Assembly: GCA_963663275.1 (NCBI GenBank) | Contig: OY760183.1 | Location: forward strand, 704,001-768,000 | DNA from: Chloroflexota bacterium | GTDB taxonomy: Bacteria; Chloroflexota; UBA11872; VXOZ01 | Direction: 5' to 3' | DNA length: 64,000 nucleotides | In this document: piece by piece, positions 34,585 through 43,613 of the stretch | Layout of the letters: every line of letters begins with the position of its first letter | How positions within the stretch are numbered: position 1 is the stretch's first letter | Notes under the pieces: generated by a model | Told to the model about the DNA's origin: nothing | What the model saw: the letters and a program-made list of their open reading frames with translations, nothing else | Databases searched by the model: none | Position numbers and translations under genes: made by a program

Positions 34585-35274
34585 ATGGCAACGCGACGTA
34601 AGCAGACCAGAGGCGCCTGCGGCTACTGCGGACGGGAATTTACGAAGGGGTCCATGCTCAGGCATTTGCCGGCCTGCAAGCGGCGGGCCGAAGTGGTCGC
34701 GGAGTCCGACCGGCGGCCGGGCGGCGCCAGCAGCGGCCTGGCTCACCTGCGGGTGCTCGATACACACGGCGAATTCTGGCTGGACCTCGAAATGCAAGGC
34801 GCCGCCACCTTGCGGGAACTGGACCGGTATCTGCGCGCCATTTGGCTGGAATGCTGCGGCCACTTGAGCGAATTCTCTACCGGCGGCTGGTCGGTGGGGG
34901 GCAAACTCTCCAAGAAGACGCGCATCGAGCGCACACTTCAGCCCGGCGATGAGATATTCCACGTCTACGATTTCGGCACGCCCTCGGAGACGGTCGTGAA
35001 GGCGGTAGCCGTCCGCCAGGGCAAGCCGACCACCGCTCATCCAATCGCCTTGATGGCGCGCAACCATCCGCCTGCCCACACGTGCATGGAGTGCGCACAG
35101 CCCGCCACACACTTCTGCATGGAATGCGCCTACGGGTACGATGACAGCGGCATGCTGTGCCAACAGCATGTGGAGACGCACGAGCACGACGACTACGGCG
35201 AAACCATGCCGCTGGTCAACTCACCCAGAATGGGCACCTGCGGCTACGACGGCCCCGCCGAACCACCCTACTGA
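34585..35274 (+). CDS. Zn-finger protein with a pRiA4b-ORF3-like domain
   Basis: CGYC..HLPAC, TLRELDRYLRAIWLECCGHLSEF, YDFG, CxxC pairs, NSPRMGTCGY. Confidence 0.7.
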   Translation: MATRRKQTRGACGYCGREFTKGSMLRHLPACKRRAEVVAESDRRPGGASSGLAHLRVLDTHGEFWLDLEMQGAATLRELDRYLRAIWLECCGHLSEFSTGGWSVGGKLSKKTRIERTLQPGDEIFHVYDFGTPSETVVKAVAVRQGKPTTAHPIALMARNHPPAHTCMECAQPATHFCMECAYGYDDSGMLCQQHVETHEHDDYGETMPLVNSPRMGTCGYDGPAEPPY

Positions 35275-35361
35275 CCGCCACTCAGCAAGGGCTAAGACAG
35301 CGGCCTGACCCGCGCCACCCCGGCGAATGTCGAAATCCGAAAGTGTGATGCCGCTCCCTCA

Positions 35362-35405
35362 TTCAACGCGTAGGGGCACGACATGTCGTGCCCCTACGCG
35401 TTGAA
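35362..35405. repeat. Perfect 44-bp palindrome containing a GTAG-REP
   Basis: TTCAACGCGTAGGGGCACGACATGTCGTGCCCCTACGCGTTGAA. Confidence 0.85.
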
Positions 35406-35486
35406 CCGCATGTGATATCCCGTTAACCTCTGTCCGGTAGCGCAGGTTTGTAACCTGCGTCTGCTGCCCCGCGCGGGTGCGCGAAA

Positions 35487-35660
35487 TGGCCTAACCCGGC
35501 GGCGGTGGCGTTTCACCATAGACGCGCCGTAGAGGTAGCCCCTCAACGTGGAGACGCGCCGCTCCATGGCCCTCTCAAGACCGGACACACGTGAGTCCAG
35601 CGAATCGATGCGACGGTCTATTCTATTGATGCGGCGCACTCGCTCTAGCTCGCGCACAAG
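35487..35660 (-). pseudogene. Probable remnant of the small coiled-coil protein family
   Basis: IDRRIDSLDSRVSGLERAMERRVSTLRGYLYGAS resembles the ends of the 33970 and 60786 proteins; no N-terminal TM or start. Confidence 0.4.
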
Positions 35661-35800
35661 CCTGCGGCTATGCGCAGAGTGCGCCGCATGAGCCTTACTC
35701 CCAGAGATATGGCTGTAGTGCCACAGCCAACCAGACGGACTAGCCACCCCAAGCGACGTTGCCGGTGAGGCGGCTAGCCGCCGCTGGCGTGGGCACGCTT

Positions 35801-37483
35801 TCAACGGAAGGCGTCGGGGACCTCCATCACGTAGATCTCATAGTTCCCGTCACGGTTGGAGACGAACGCGATGCGATGGCCTCTACGGGACCAGGCGGGT
35901 TGGCCGTCCCAAGCGCTGTTGTTGGTGAGGCGGGTGACGCCGGTGCCGTCGGCCTTCATCACGTAGATCTCATGGTTCCCGTCGCGGTTGGAGCTGAACA
36001 CGATGTACTGGCCGTCGGGAGACCAGGCGGGAAAGTCATCCACAGCGTTGTTGTTGGTCAGGCGGCGGAGGCCGTAGCCGCCGGGGCGAATCGTGTATAT
36101 CTCATGGTTCCCGTCGCGGTCGGAGGTAAACGCGATGCGGTCGAGGCCGCTGGGGCGCCAAGTTGGTTCGCCATCCCAAGCGTCGTTGTCGGTGACGCGG
36201 CGGAGACTTCCACCGGAGCGTCTGGAGATCGTGTAGATCTCAGCGTTCCCGTCGCGGTCGGAGGTAAACGCGATGCGGTTGAGGCCGATGGGGGACCAAG
36301 TTGGATCGACATCCCAATCGTAGTTGTCGGTGAGGCGGCGGAGGCTGCCGCCGTTGCTGCTCATCCTGTAGATCTCAGCGTTCCCGTCGCGCTCGGAAGT
36401 GAACGCGATGTCCGTATGAACGCCAAAACTGGCATATTCAGGGAACCTATCCGCCGCGTCGTTGTCAGTAAGGCGCCGGAGGCTGGAGCCGTCGGCATTC
36501 ATCCTGTAGATCTCAAAATTCCCGTCGCGGTTGGATTCGAACACGATGCGACTGCCGGTTTGATTCCAAGCCGGGGACCCATCCTCAGCGTTGTTGTTGG
36601 TGAGGCGGGTGGGTGGCACTGGCGTGGGTGTAACCACAATGGGTGTAACCACAGGTTTGGGCCTAGGCGTAGGCGCTGGCACTGGTGTGGCGACAGGTAT
36701 GGGCGTAGGCGCGGGTGTGGTGCTTGTTCCCGCGCACCACTCTATGCGAGGTAGGTCTTGGGGGTCAGATGGTAGTCTGATCACAATGCCGCTAACACTT
36801 GCTCCACTCACATTCACCCGTACAGCCTGACCGCGTTCGGTAGTAATGCCGGCGCCATCATACCACCCAACGAAACTGCACCCGGGGCCCGCATATACAT
36901 CCAAAGTAAACGACCCGTCAGGCACCGGGATTTCAAAAGCGCCACTTTGGTCTGTATTGCCATATCCGCTGTTGTCCCTGCTCCCTTGCCAGGCCCACAA
37001 TCCTATCCCTTGCAAAAGGGCTCCGTCGGGGCCTACCACGGCTCCTCGAATCGACGATGCGGAATGCGGCGTGTCCCCAGGTTCGGGTGTGGCGACAGAC
37101 GCTGGCGGCGGTGTTGCCGCAGGCGCCGGCTCTGGTGTCGCAATGCCTCCGCCGGGGGCATAATCCGGCTCCCAGGGGAATCTTTCCGTGTTGAGCCGTT
37201 GCTCCAGGCCGTTGGGACCGTTTATCCACGTGCGGTAGCCGTCGGTGAAGGCGGTCCAGTTGTCGGCTTTGCGCCAGACCAGCAAGCCGCCGGTGGTCCG
37301 CTGCACGCTGTCGCCGGTGGCGTTGTAGTGCTCGTTCTCCAGGCACTCGCCGACGATGTCGGGGATAAGATCGCGGAGCGCCTTGAAACCAAGCCTGAAC
37401 TCGCAATCGACTGACGCCGACGCCATGCTGGGCACGACGAGCGCCAAGAAGAGTCCGAGTAGCAACGCGCTGAGATGTTTCAC
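35801..37483 (-). CDS. Secreted modular protein: N-terminal domain, PT linker, carboxypeptidase-regulatory-like domain, PT linker, TolB/PD40 beta-propeller
   Basis: Signal peptide; six RLTxNxAxDxxPxW...IxFxSxRDGNxEIY repeats. Confidence 0.88.
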   Translation of the reverse strand: MKHLSALLLGLFLALVVPSMASASVDCEFRLGFKALRDLIPDIVGECLENEHYNATGDSVQRTTGGLLVWRKADNWTAFTDGYRTWINGPNGLEQRLNTERFPWEPDYAPGGGIATPEPAPAATPPPASVATPEPGDTPHSASSIRGAVVGPDGALLQGIGLWAWQGSRDNSGYGNTDQSGAFEIPVPDGSFTLDVYAGPGCSFVGWYDGAGITTERGQAVRVNVSGASVSGIVIRLPSDPQDLPRIEWCAGTSTTPAPTPIPVATPVPAPTPRPKPVVTPIVVTPTPVPPTRLTNNNAEDGSPAWNQTGSRIVFESNRDGNFEIYRMNADGSSLRRLTDNDAADRFPEYASFGVHTDIAFTSERDGNAEIYRMSSNGGSLRRLTDNYDWDVDPTWSPIGLNRIAFTSDRDGNAEIYTISRRSGGSLRRVTDNDAWDGEPTWRPSGLDRIAFTSDRDGNHEIYTIRPGGYGLRRLTNNNAVDDFPAWSPDGQYIVFSSNRDGNHEIYVMKADGTGVTRLTNNSAWDGQPAWSRRGHRIAFVSNRDGNYEIYVMEVPDAFR

Positions 37484-37826
37484 CGTGGTAGCCCCCTTGC
37501 GGTACACGCTTAAGTTTGGCCTGCCGCGACGCAACGGTTGCGCCGTGAGCCGCAAGGGGACGCGCTCGCTAAAGCGCACTTCCCCACGCGCCCCTTACAG
37601 AGAACTCACGCGTAAGCATCTGCAGCAATTGGATAGTACCCCATATTCGGATAGTATCTGTATTCGGATACTACTCCGTGTTGGATATTATCACACAATG
37701 GAGAACAGCGTTTTACACTGGAGAGAGCGGTTAGGGTGAAGGCGAGCCGGCTTCTCCCGTCACTTGTATGGTGAAAGAGGCCGTCAAACGGTGAAAGTGG
37801 CAATGTAGCGCGGGAGGCGCGACAAC

Positions 37827-37901
37827 TGTCATTCCGAGCGCAGCGAGGAATCTAAGGTGCATGCGCTCTAGATTCTTCGTCGCTACGCTCCTCAGAATGA
37901 C
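37827..37901. repeat. GTCATTCCGAGCGCAGCGAGGAATCT-type REP pair
   Basis: Inverted pair; same module as inside MITE-C copies. Confidence 0.75.
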
Positions 37902-38127
37902 GGAAGAACTCCTCGCATGAAATGAACGCCGCGCATGACCGGTAGAGAGCGTGCTCGTTCATCGCGTATTGATATAGAGAACAGCGAGCGTCAACATGCC
38001 TGGTCAAGCGTGCCGCTCCCGTTTAGAATGAACCGGCGAGGCGGTGGAGACGAACGGGCAAGAACGGCAAGCGCGGGCAACGTAACCACACCATGCCGTG
38101 ACGCGCGGCAAACAGGAGCACGACCAC

Positions 38128-39954
38128 ATGGCGGCAGCACAAGCAACGGCGGATGCGAGACAGGAGACCGGCGCGGAGGCGGTGCGGTGGGATTTGGCGG
38201 ACCTCTACGCCGGGCCGGATGATCCGGCGCTGGAGGCGGATTTCAAGGCGGCGTTAGCGCGGGCGGAGGCGTTTCAGGAAAACTACAGAGGCCGGATTGC
38301 CGCGGGCGAGATCACGCCGGAGGAGTTCCTAAGCGCAGTTGAAGAGATCGAGCAGATCTACATGGGCGCGCACAAGGCGGTCATGTATGCTGATATGGTC
38401 TTTTCGGTGGATACGGCGGAGCCAGCGCACGGGGCCCTGCTGCAACGCACGCACGAGCAGGCCACGCAGGTGCAGAACGCCCTGCTCTTCTTCGACGTGG
38501 AGTGGCGGCAGGCGGACGACGCCTTTGCCCAAGGCATCCTGGCGCACCCGCCGCTGGCGCGGTACGCGCATTCCCTGGCGCGCGAGCGGGTCTTTGCGCC
38601 GCATACGCTCACGGAAGCCGAGGAGAAGCTGGACGCGGAAAAGCGCCTGACCGGGATCAGCTCCTTCCAGCGGCTCTTCGACGAGCGCACCGGCCGCCTG
38701 CGCCGCGCGATGACCCTGGACGGCGAGCGCAAGGAGATGAACGAGACCGAACTGCTGGCGCTGCTCTACCGCGACGACCGCGGCGTGCGGCGGCGCGCCC
38801 AGGCGGCCATGACCAAGGCGCTGCAAGACGACGCCCACGTGCTGACCTTCATCTTCAACGTGATGACCCACGAAAAGGCCATCGAGGACCGCCTGCGCAA
38901 CTTCCCGGACCCCATGTCGTCGCGCAACCTGGCGAACGAGGTGGACGACGCCACCGCCCACGCCATGCTGGACGCGGTCACCGCGCGGTACGACATCGTG
39001 GCCGATTATTACACCCTCAAGCGCCGCATGTTGGGCTATCGCACGCTCTACGACTACGACCGCTACGCGCCGGTCTTTCCCCCGCCGGAGGGGGGCGTGG
39101 ACTTCAACCAGGCCAAGGCGCTGGTGCTGGACGCCTACCGCGCCTTTGCGCCCGAGGTGGGCAGCCTGGCTGCGGAGTTCTTCGAGAAGCGGTGGATCGA
39201 CGCCGCCGTGCTGCCCAACAAGCGCGGCGGGGCCTACTGCCAGCCCTGCCTGCCCCATCTGCACCCCTACGTCTTCCTCAGCTACACCGGCAACCAGCGC
39301 GACGTGATGACCCTGGCCCACGAACTCGGCCACGGCATCCACGCGCGGCTCTCAAGCGGCCAGCCCTATCTGGAATTCGATACCTCGCTGGTGGTGGCGG
39401 AACTGGCCAGCACCTTTGGCGAGATGCTGACGTTTCACGCGCTCATGGAAAATACCACCGACCCGCGGGTGCGCCTGGGCCTGCTGGCGCAGAAGATCGA
39501 GGATTCGTTCGCCACGGTCTTCCGCCAGGCGGCCATGCACCGGTTCGAGTACGCGCTGCACACCCGACGCCGCAACGAGGGCGAACTGACGAGCGAGGCC
39601 ATCGGCGACATCTGGCTGGAACAGCAGTCGGCTATGTTCGGCGATTCGGTGACGATGACGGCGAACTACCGCCACTGGTGGGCCTACATCCCCCACTTCA
39701 TCCACGTGCCGTTCTACGTCTACGCCTATCCGTTCGGCGAACTGCTGTCGCTCTCGCTCTACCGCGCCTACCGGCAACAAGGCGCGCCCTTCGTGGAGGT
39801 CTATCGCGGCATGTTGGCCGCCGGCGGCAGCGAATCCCCCGCCCAACTCATGCAACGCGCCACCATCGATACCGCCAACCCCACCTTCTGGCTCGGCGGC
39901 CTGGACATCATCGCGGATATGGTGCAGGAGGCAAAATCCCTGGCAACGGCATGA
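38128..39954 (+). CDS. M3-family oligoendopeptidase (PepF-like)
   Basis: WDLADLY, KRGGAY, TLAHELGHGIH, AELASTFGE, IPHF..FYVYAY. Confidence 0.92.
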   Translation: MAAAQATADARQETGAEAVRWDLADLYAGPDDPALEADFKAALARAEAFQENYRGRIAAGEITPEEFLSAVEEIEQIYMGAHKAVMYADMVFSVDTAEPAHGALLQRTHEQATQVQNALLFFDVEWRQADDAFAQGILAHPPLARYAHSLARERVFAPHTLTEAEEKLDAEKRLTGISSFQRLFDERTGRLRRAMTLDGERKEMNETELLALLYRDDRGVRRRAQAAMTKALQDDAHVLTFIFNVMTHEKAIEDRLRNFPDPMSSRNLANEVDDATAHAMLDAVTARYDIVADYYTLKRRMLGYRTLYDYDRYAPVFPPPEGGVDFNQAKALVLDAYRAFAPEVGSLAAEFFEKRWIDAAVLPNKRGGAYCQPCLPHLHPYVFLSYTGNQRDVMTLAHELGHGIHARLSSGQPYLEFDTSLVVAELASTFGEMLTFHALMENTTDPRVRLGLLAQKIEDSFATVFRQAAMHRFEYALHTRRRNEGELTSEAIGDIWLEQQSAMFGDSVTMTANYRHWWAYIPHFIHVPFYVYAYPFGELLSLSLYRAYRQQGAPFVEVYRGMLAAGGSESPAQLMQRATIDTANPTFWLGGLDIIADMVQEAKSLATA

Positions 39955-40049
39955 CGACAGCGAGGTGTATCTCCCCCTATTGCGCCGACCGGAGCGGACC
40001 CATTCACGCAGCAGTTGTAACGGTAAGTTCTCACGTAGAGTGAATGTCG

Positions 40050-42956
40050 TCAATCTTCTAGGTTCAGGAGATCGAAGAAACCCCTGCGCAGCAAGTTTTC
40101 GCGGGCGTGTTCGGCGTTTTCTTTGGTCGCCTCGTCCTTGCTTTCAAGGCCCGCCCCTATGATATTCCGCGCGGTTTCGACATTGATGTAGAATGACGAG
40201 TGAAATGACGAGTCATTTGTTACGGCGGTAAGCTTTGCAAAGCACTCAACCACCTTGTTGGTATGCTCAGGCAACAATCCTTCCAATGCTTCTGCTACAA
40301 TTAAATTTGCTCGCGATGTTGAGCCTCCGGTTGCATCCAGTACCTTTGAGAGTGCATCTAAACGCCATTCAGCTTCCAGGCACTTGGCCTCTAGCCAAGA
40401 AGAGAAGTGACCTAACTCCTCGGTATCTCCTGCTTCCAGCCGCCATTCGAAGAATTCAACTAGCCCGCGTTTCAAGTCCTCATCCAAGCCTTCTTTGGTG
40501 TTCCCGAGCTTAGAACCAAGGTTTTCGACCAAATTCGACCAGCATTTGCGGTCATGTTTCGTACCTAGGTAGAAGCGCTCCAAGAGACTTTCTTCACCCT
40601 GTAGTGGATACTGCCCCCAAAGGTAATAGAAAAACAGGTGCCGACCAAGATAGTCTGAGAACTCCGTATCCGAGTCGTCTCGCCTCTTAATCTTGGCTAA
40701 TTGTCGTACCCCGAATTCGTAATCCTTGCCAAGTTCCTCAAATGCCCGGATATTGGGGCCAAATTCACGTAAGTAACTGCCGAACGCCACTTGCCAGTCA
40801 TCTGGTCTATTCTGGGGAAAGAAGTCTGACTTGTGCTCTAATCCCCAAGTCTCGTCTAATCCTAGGAGCCGTACGTAATTCGCGCCCAGAATAGCACGCT
40901 CCGGGAGAGTCAGAGAGAATTCTGTCTTATCAGTAAAGCGATCTTCAAGAACCGCCGTAACTATGCCAAGATCGGCGTTTCCATCCAAACGGCGCATCCA
41001 AGAGCCAAGTCTTATCAGGGAATCTAAAGCGCGACTGCGAGTGTTGTTGATCGCTTCCGCCAGATGGTCGTTGGCGTTTGTCAAGACCGGCTTGTTCCGA
41101 TCCAGCCGCCAATCGAATTGCGTGCAAAGCGTATCCAGGAGTTTGACCAGTTGCTCTCGGTAGGCATACGGCACATTCACTTCCTTCTTAATGCATGTGT
41201 CAATTAGATCGACGACCGCTCGGCGCGAGCTAGCCCACAGGGGATTGTTCCTGGATCGATCCTCATTACCAATATAGTTCTCCCGATCCTGGTCGGGATG
41301 GCAAAGCACCCACTCGCAGAATTCTAGTGACTCGCCTAGCCTTTCAAAGTTCTTACTCTCTATGAGGTCTTTCATCCCATCTACAATTGCTCTCACATAG
41401 ATGGGCCGCGCAATGGCGCCACGGTTCTCAATCCAGAAGCGGATCCTACCATCGTCAGGAAGCACCGCATCCGTGAAGAATTCTTGAAATGCCTTCACAA
41501 GCGCTTCAAAGGTGATCTCTACGAACTGGTCGACATAGTCATAGTGTTCTGCGTCCCACTCGTTGATGAAGTCCAGTAACTCCGCGTCTTCCATGGCGGC
41601 AAGCTGTTCTGGCGGCTTGGGGCTCTTAGCGGACACGGAGCCGACCTTAATATCACTAATTGACAAGTAGTCATCACTTGAAATCTGCTTATCGGCTTGC
41701 CGTTCCGTTTCCTGGAAGCGGGCCAGATAGTCACCAAAGAGCACATCTTCGAAGAGCCTTAACTGCATGCGATGGAAGTGCAACTGACGAAGCTCGAACT
41801 TTCCTTCAGTAAAATCCTCACCATACCATTTCCGGAATTTCTCCTTCGGCGGACCGGCCAAAATAGTCTTGAAGATTAAAATACGCTCCTGTCTGGTGAG
41901 TAACTCTTCTCCGAAGGCCGCACACGCGCTTCGCACCATCTCTTGGAGTTCGTAATAGCGCTCTGAACGACCGTAGTCTTCATGGTTGAGGATTAGGTCT
42001 CGAATCCACGGTTTTGTTAGCTCAGTAGGATAAAGCGCCAAGAGGTGTTGGCGTAGGCGCTTGAAGATTCTCCATCGCTGTTTTCGGAGGTGATCGTCAA
42101 GGTCTGGGATGGAAGTCGGAGTCTTTTCGTAGACCTGCTCACAGGCAAAAGTAAGGGCATTGGCAAGATTCACCTTGCTGTCCATGTAGCCGGTATCTGT
42201 CCTGTCAAGCCGTCTGCACCAGAATTCGGAATCATCTCTGTCACCACTCTTTTCTCGCTGTTCTGGATGCATTCTTAGTCCAAGCATCGCTGCCATGGCA
42301 TCAATGAGCATGCAAGCCGTACGGTAGGGCTCTTTCTCGGCAAGAGGACGAACGCCCGAATTGAGAATTTCACGGTAATCCCATTCTTCAAATCGAGGGG
42401 AAGGATCGAGATGGCTAAAGAATTCACTCGGTTCCTTCCTATGCTTTTCGCTTGCTTTGGGGTCGGGCTTGAACTGGATCAACACTTGAGCAAGTTCTAA
42501 CGCTGCAAGAGTTTCGCTTTCCTGCGTCCAATAGGCTAGCAGGCTTGAACATCTGTAGCCCATAGTCTGAATACCTAACTCTGCGTACTCGAGCATCTTG
42601 TCCTTCAGCTTTGCGGAGTGATGGCCTGGAAGGTCTAGCGCAATTTCCAAGATTTCATGATAGACATGCGGATTATCGACAGCGGGAAGGCCGGACAGTA
42701 GGCTGACAACCTGTTCTGGCACAAACCTACAGACGTTTTTGAGGTATTGAAGTTCTGGCCAAAACGGAAATTGCGTGTGACCGTTCCCTAGGTCGAGTGC
42801 TGGTGGGGGGGATGCGAAACAGTCGCGTTCGATTAGCGGCTGCAACCATAGGGGGTTCTTTAGTTTGGAGAAAAAGTACCGGCGGTCAATCTCTTTCTTT
42901 ACTGACCCCAAGGCCTTCTCTACCATCTCATCTGTTGGTTTCTTCCAGGATGTCAT
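40050..42956 (-). CDS. Large alpha-helical hypothetical protein (968 aa), candidate defence sensor
   Basis: Long uninterrupted ORF in lower-GC DNA; RYFFSKLKNPLWLQPL...WPELQYL N-terminus; no recognisable catalytic motif. Confidence 0.85.
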   Translation of the reverse strand: MTSWKKPTDEMVEKALGSVKKEIDRRYFFSKLKNPLWLQPLIERDCFASPPPALDLGNGHTQFPFWPELQYLKNVCRFVPEQVVSLLSGLPAVDNPHVYHEILEIALDLPGHHSAKLKDKMLEYAELGIQTMGYRCSSLLAYWTQESETLAALELAQVLIQFKPDPKASEKHRKEPSEFFSHLDPSPRFEEWDYREILNSGVRPLAEKEPYRTACMLIDAMAAMLGLRMHPEQREKSGDRDDSEFWCRRLDRTDTGYMDSKVNLANALTFACEQVYEKTPTSIPDLDDHLRKQRWRIFKRLRQHLLALYPTELTKPWIRDLILNHEDYGRSERYYELQEMVRSACAAFGEELLTRQERILIFKTILAGPPKEKFRKWYGEDFTEGKFELRQLHFHRMQLRLFEDVLFGDYLARFQETERQADKQISSDDYLSISDIKVGSVSAKSPKPPEQLAAMEDAELLDFINEWDAEHYDYVDQFVEITFEALVKAFQEFFTDAVLPDDGRIRFWIENRGAIARPIYVRAIVDGMKDLIESKNFERLGESLEFCEWVLCHPDQDRENYIGNEDRSRNNPLWASSRRAVVDLIDTCIKKEVNVPYAYREQLVKLLDTLCTQFDWRLDRNKPVLTNANDHLAEAINNTRSRALDSLIRLGSWMRRLDGNADLGIVTAVLEDRFTDKTEFSLTLPERAILGANYVRLLGLDETWGLEHKSDFFPQNRPDDWQVAFGSYLREFGPNIRAFEELGKDYEFGVRQLAKIKRRDDSDTEFSDYLGRHLFFYYLWGQYPLQGEESLLERFYLGTKHDRKCWSNLVENLGSKLGNTKEGLDEDLKRGLVEFFEWRLEAGDTEELGHFSSWLEAKCLEAEWRLDALSKVLDATGGSTSRANLIVAEALEGLLPEHTNKVVECFAKLTAVTNDSSFHSSFYINVETARNIIGAGLESKDEATKENAEHARENLLRRGFFDLLNLED

Positions 42957-43593
42957 CGATTCCCTTTAGCCGCTCGAATGCGCTGCTTGCTGCCACGTAC
43001 AACATCGAATCAAGCGTTTGAAAGTGCTTCTCGATCTCGCGTTGATCACTTTCCGAGAAGCAGCCCTTCCGGCAATGTACATGTGCCTGGAACCACTTTC
43101 TCGCTTGCTTCCATTCATCCACTAGATACTTAGGAATACTGTCAATATCATTATAGCCCAAGAAGGTTCTAAAGAACAAGTAGTCGGCTAGGTTGCTCCT
43201 TTCGGTTCCGGTCTCATGGTCGGCGAGAAGATTCTTCACCGTCTGGCAAGCCTCGTAGGTAACCCAATGTCCTTCCCTATCATCACGTCCTCCCATGTCA
43301 CCAACGGCGGACGTGATTCCTCGACCTCCCCACTCGTCCTTCCATTCACTCTTTATGGCGTCAGCGAGTTGCTGGTATTGCACTAGACCTCCATCAGTGC
43401 CTGCAACAGTCCTCGCTAGAATGTTCGTAAACTCTCTGCCGACATGCGAGACAAAGGTAATGCAACCTGGCGTCTTGGTGTTCAGAAGATGGATGGCCGT
43501 TTCATATGCCTCAGCGAACACTGGCAAGTCCAGTTTTTCGTGTAGCCATTCGTAGACCCTCTCTTGTTCGGATGTGAAGTTCGTGGTTGGCAA
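42928..43593 (-). CDS. Hypothetical protein, putative HEPN-like nuclease
   Basis: SHVGRE N-terminal motif and RKWFQAHVH (Rx4-6H-like); 29-nt overlap with the downstream gene. Confidence 0.7.
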   Translation of the reverse strand: MPTTNFTSEQERVYEWLHEKLDLPVFAEAYETAIHLLNTKTPGCITFVSHVGREFTNILARTVAGTDGGLVQYQQLADAIKSEWKDEWGGRGITSAVGDMGGRDDREGHWVTYEACQTVKNLLADHETGTERSNLADYLFFRTFLGYNDIDSIPKYLVDEWKQARKWFQAHVHCRKGCFSESDQREIEKHFQTLDSMLYVAASSAFERLKGIDDILEETNR

Positions 43594-43613
43594 GGCTTCA
43601 CTTTCTTTCCCGT

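Noticed and set aside
35850-36610. DNA repeats as a diversity-generating retroelement or CRISPR
   Set aside because: In-frame PD40 propeller blades; no reverse transcriptase and no adenine-specific variation evident
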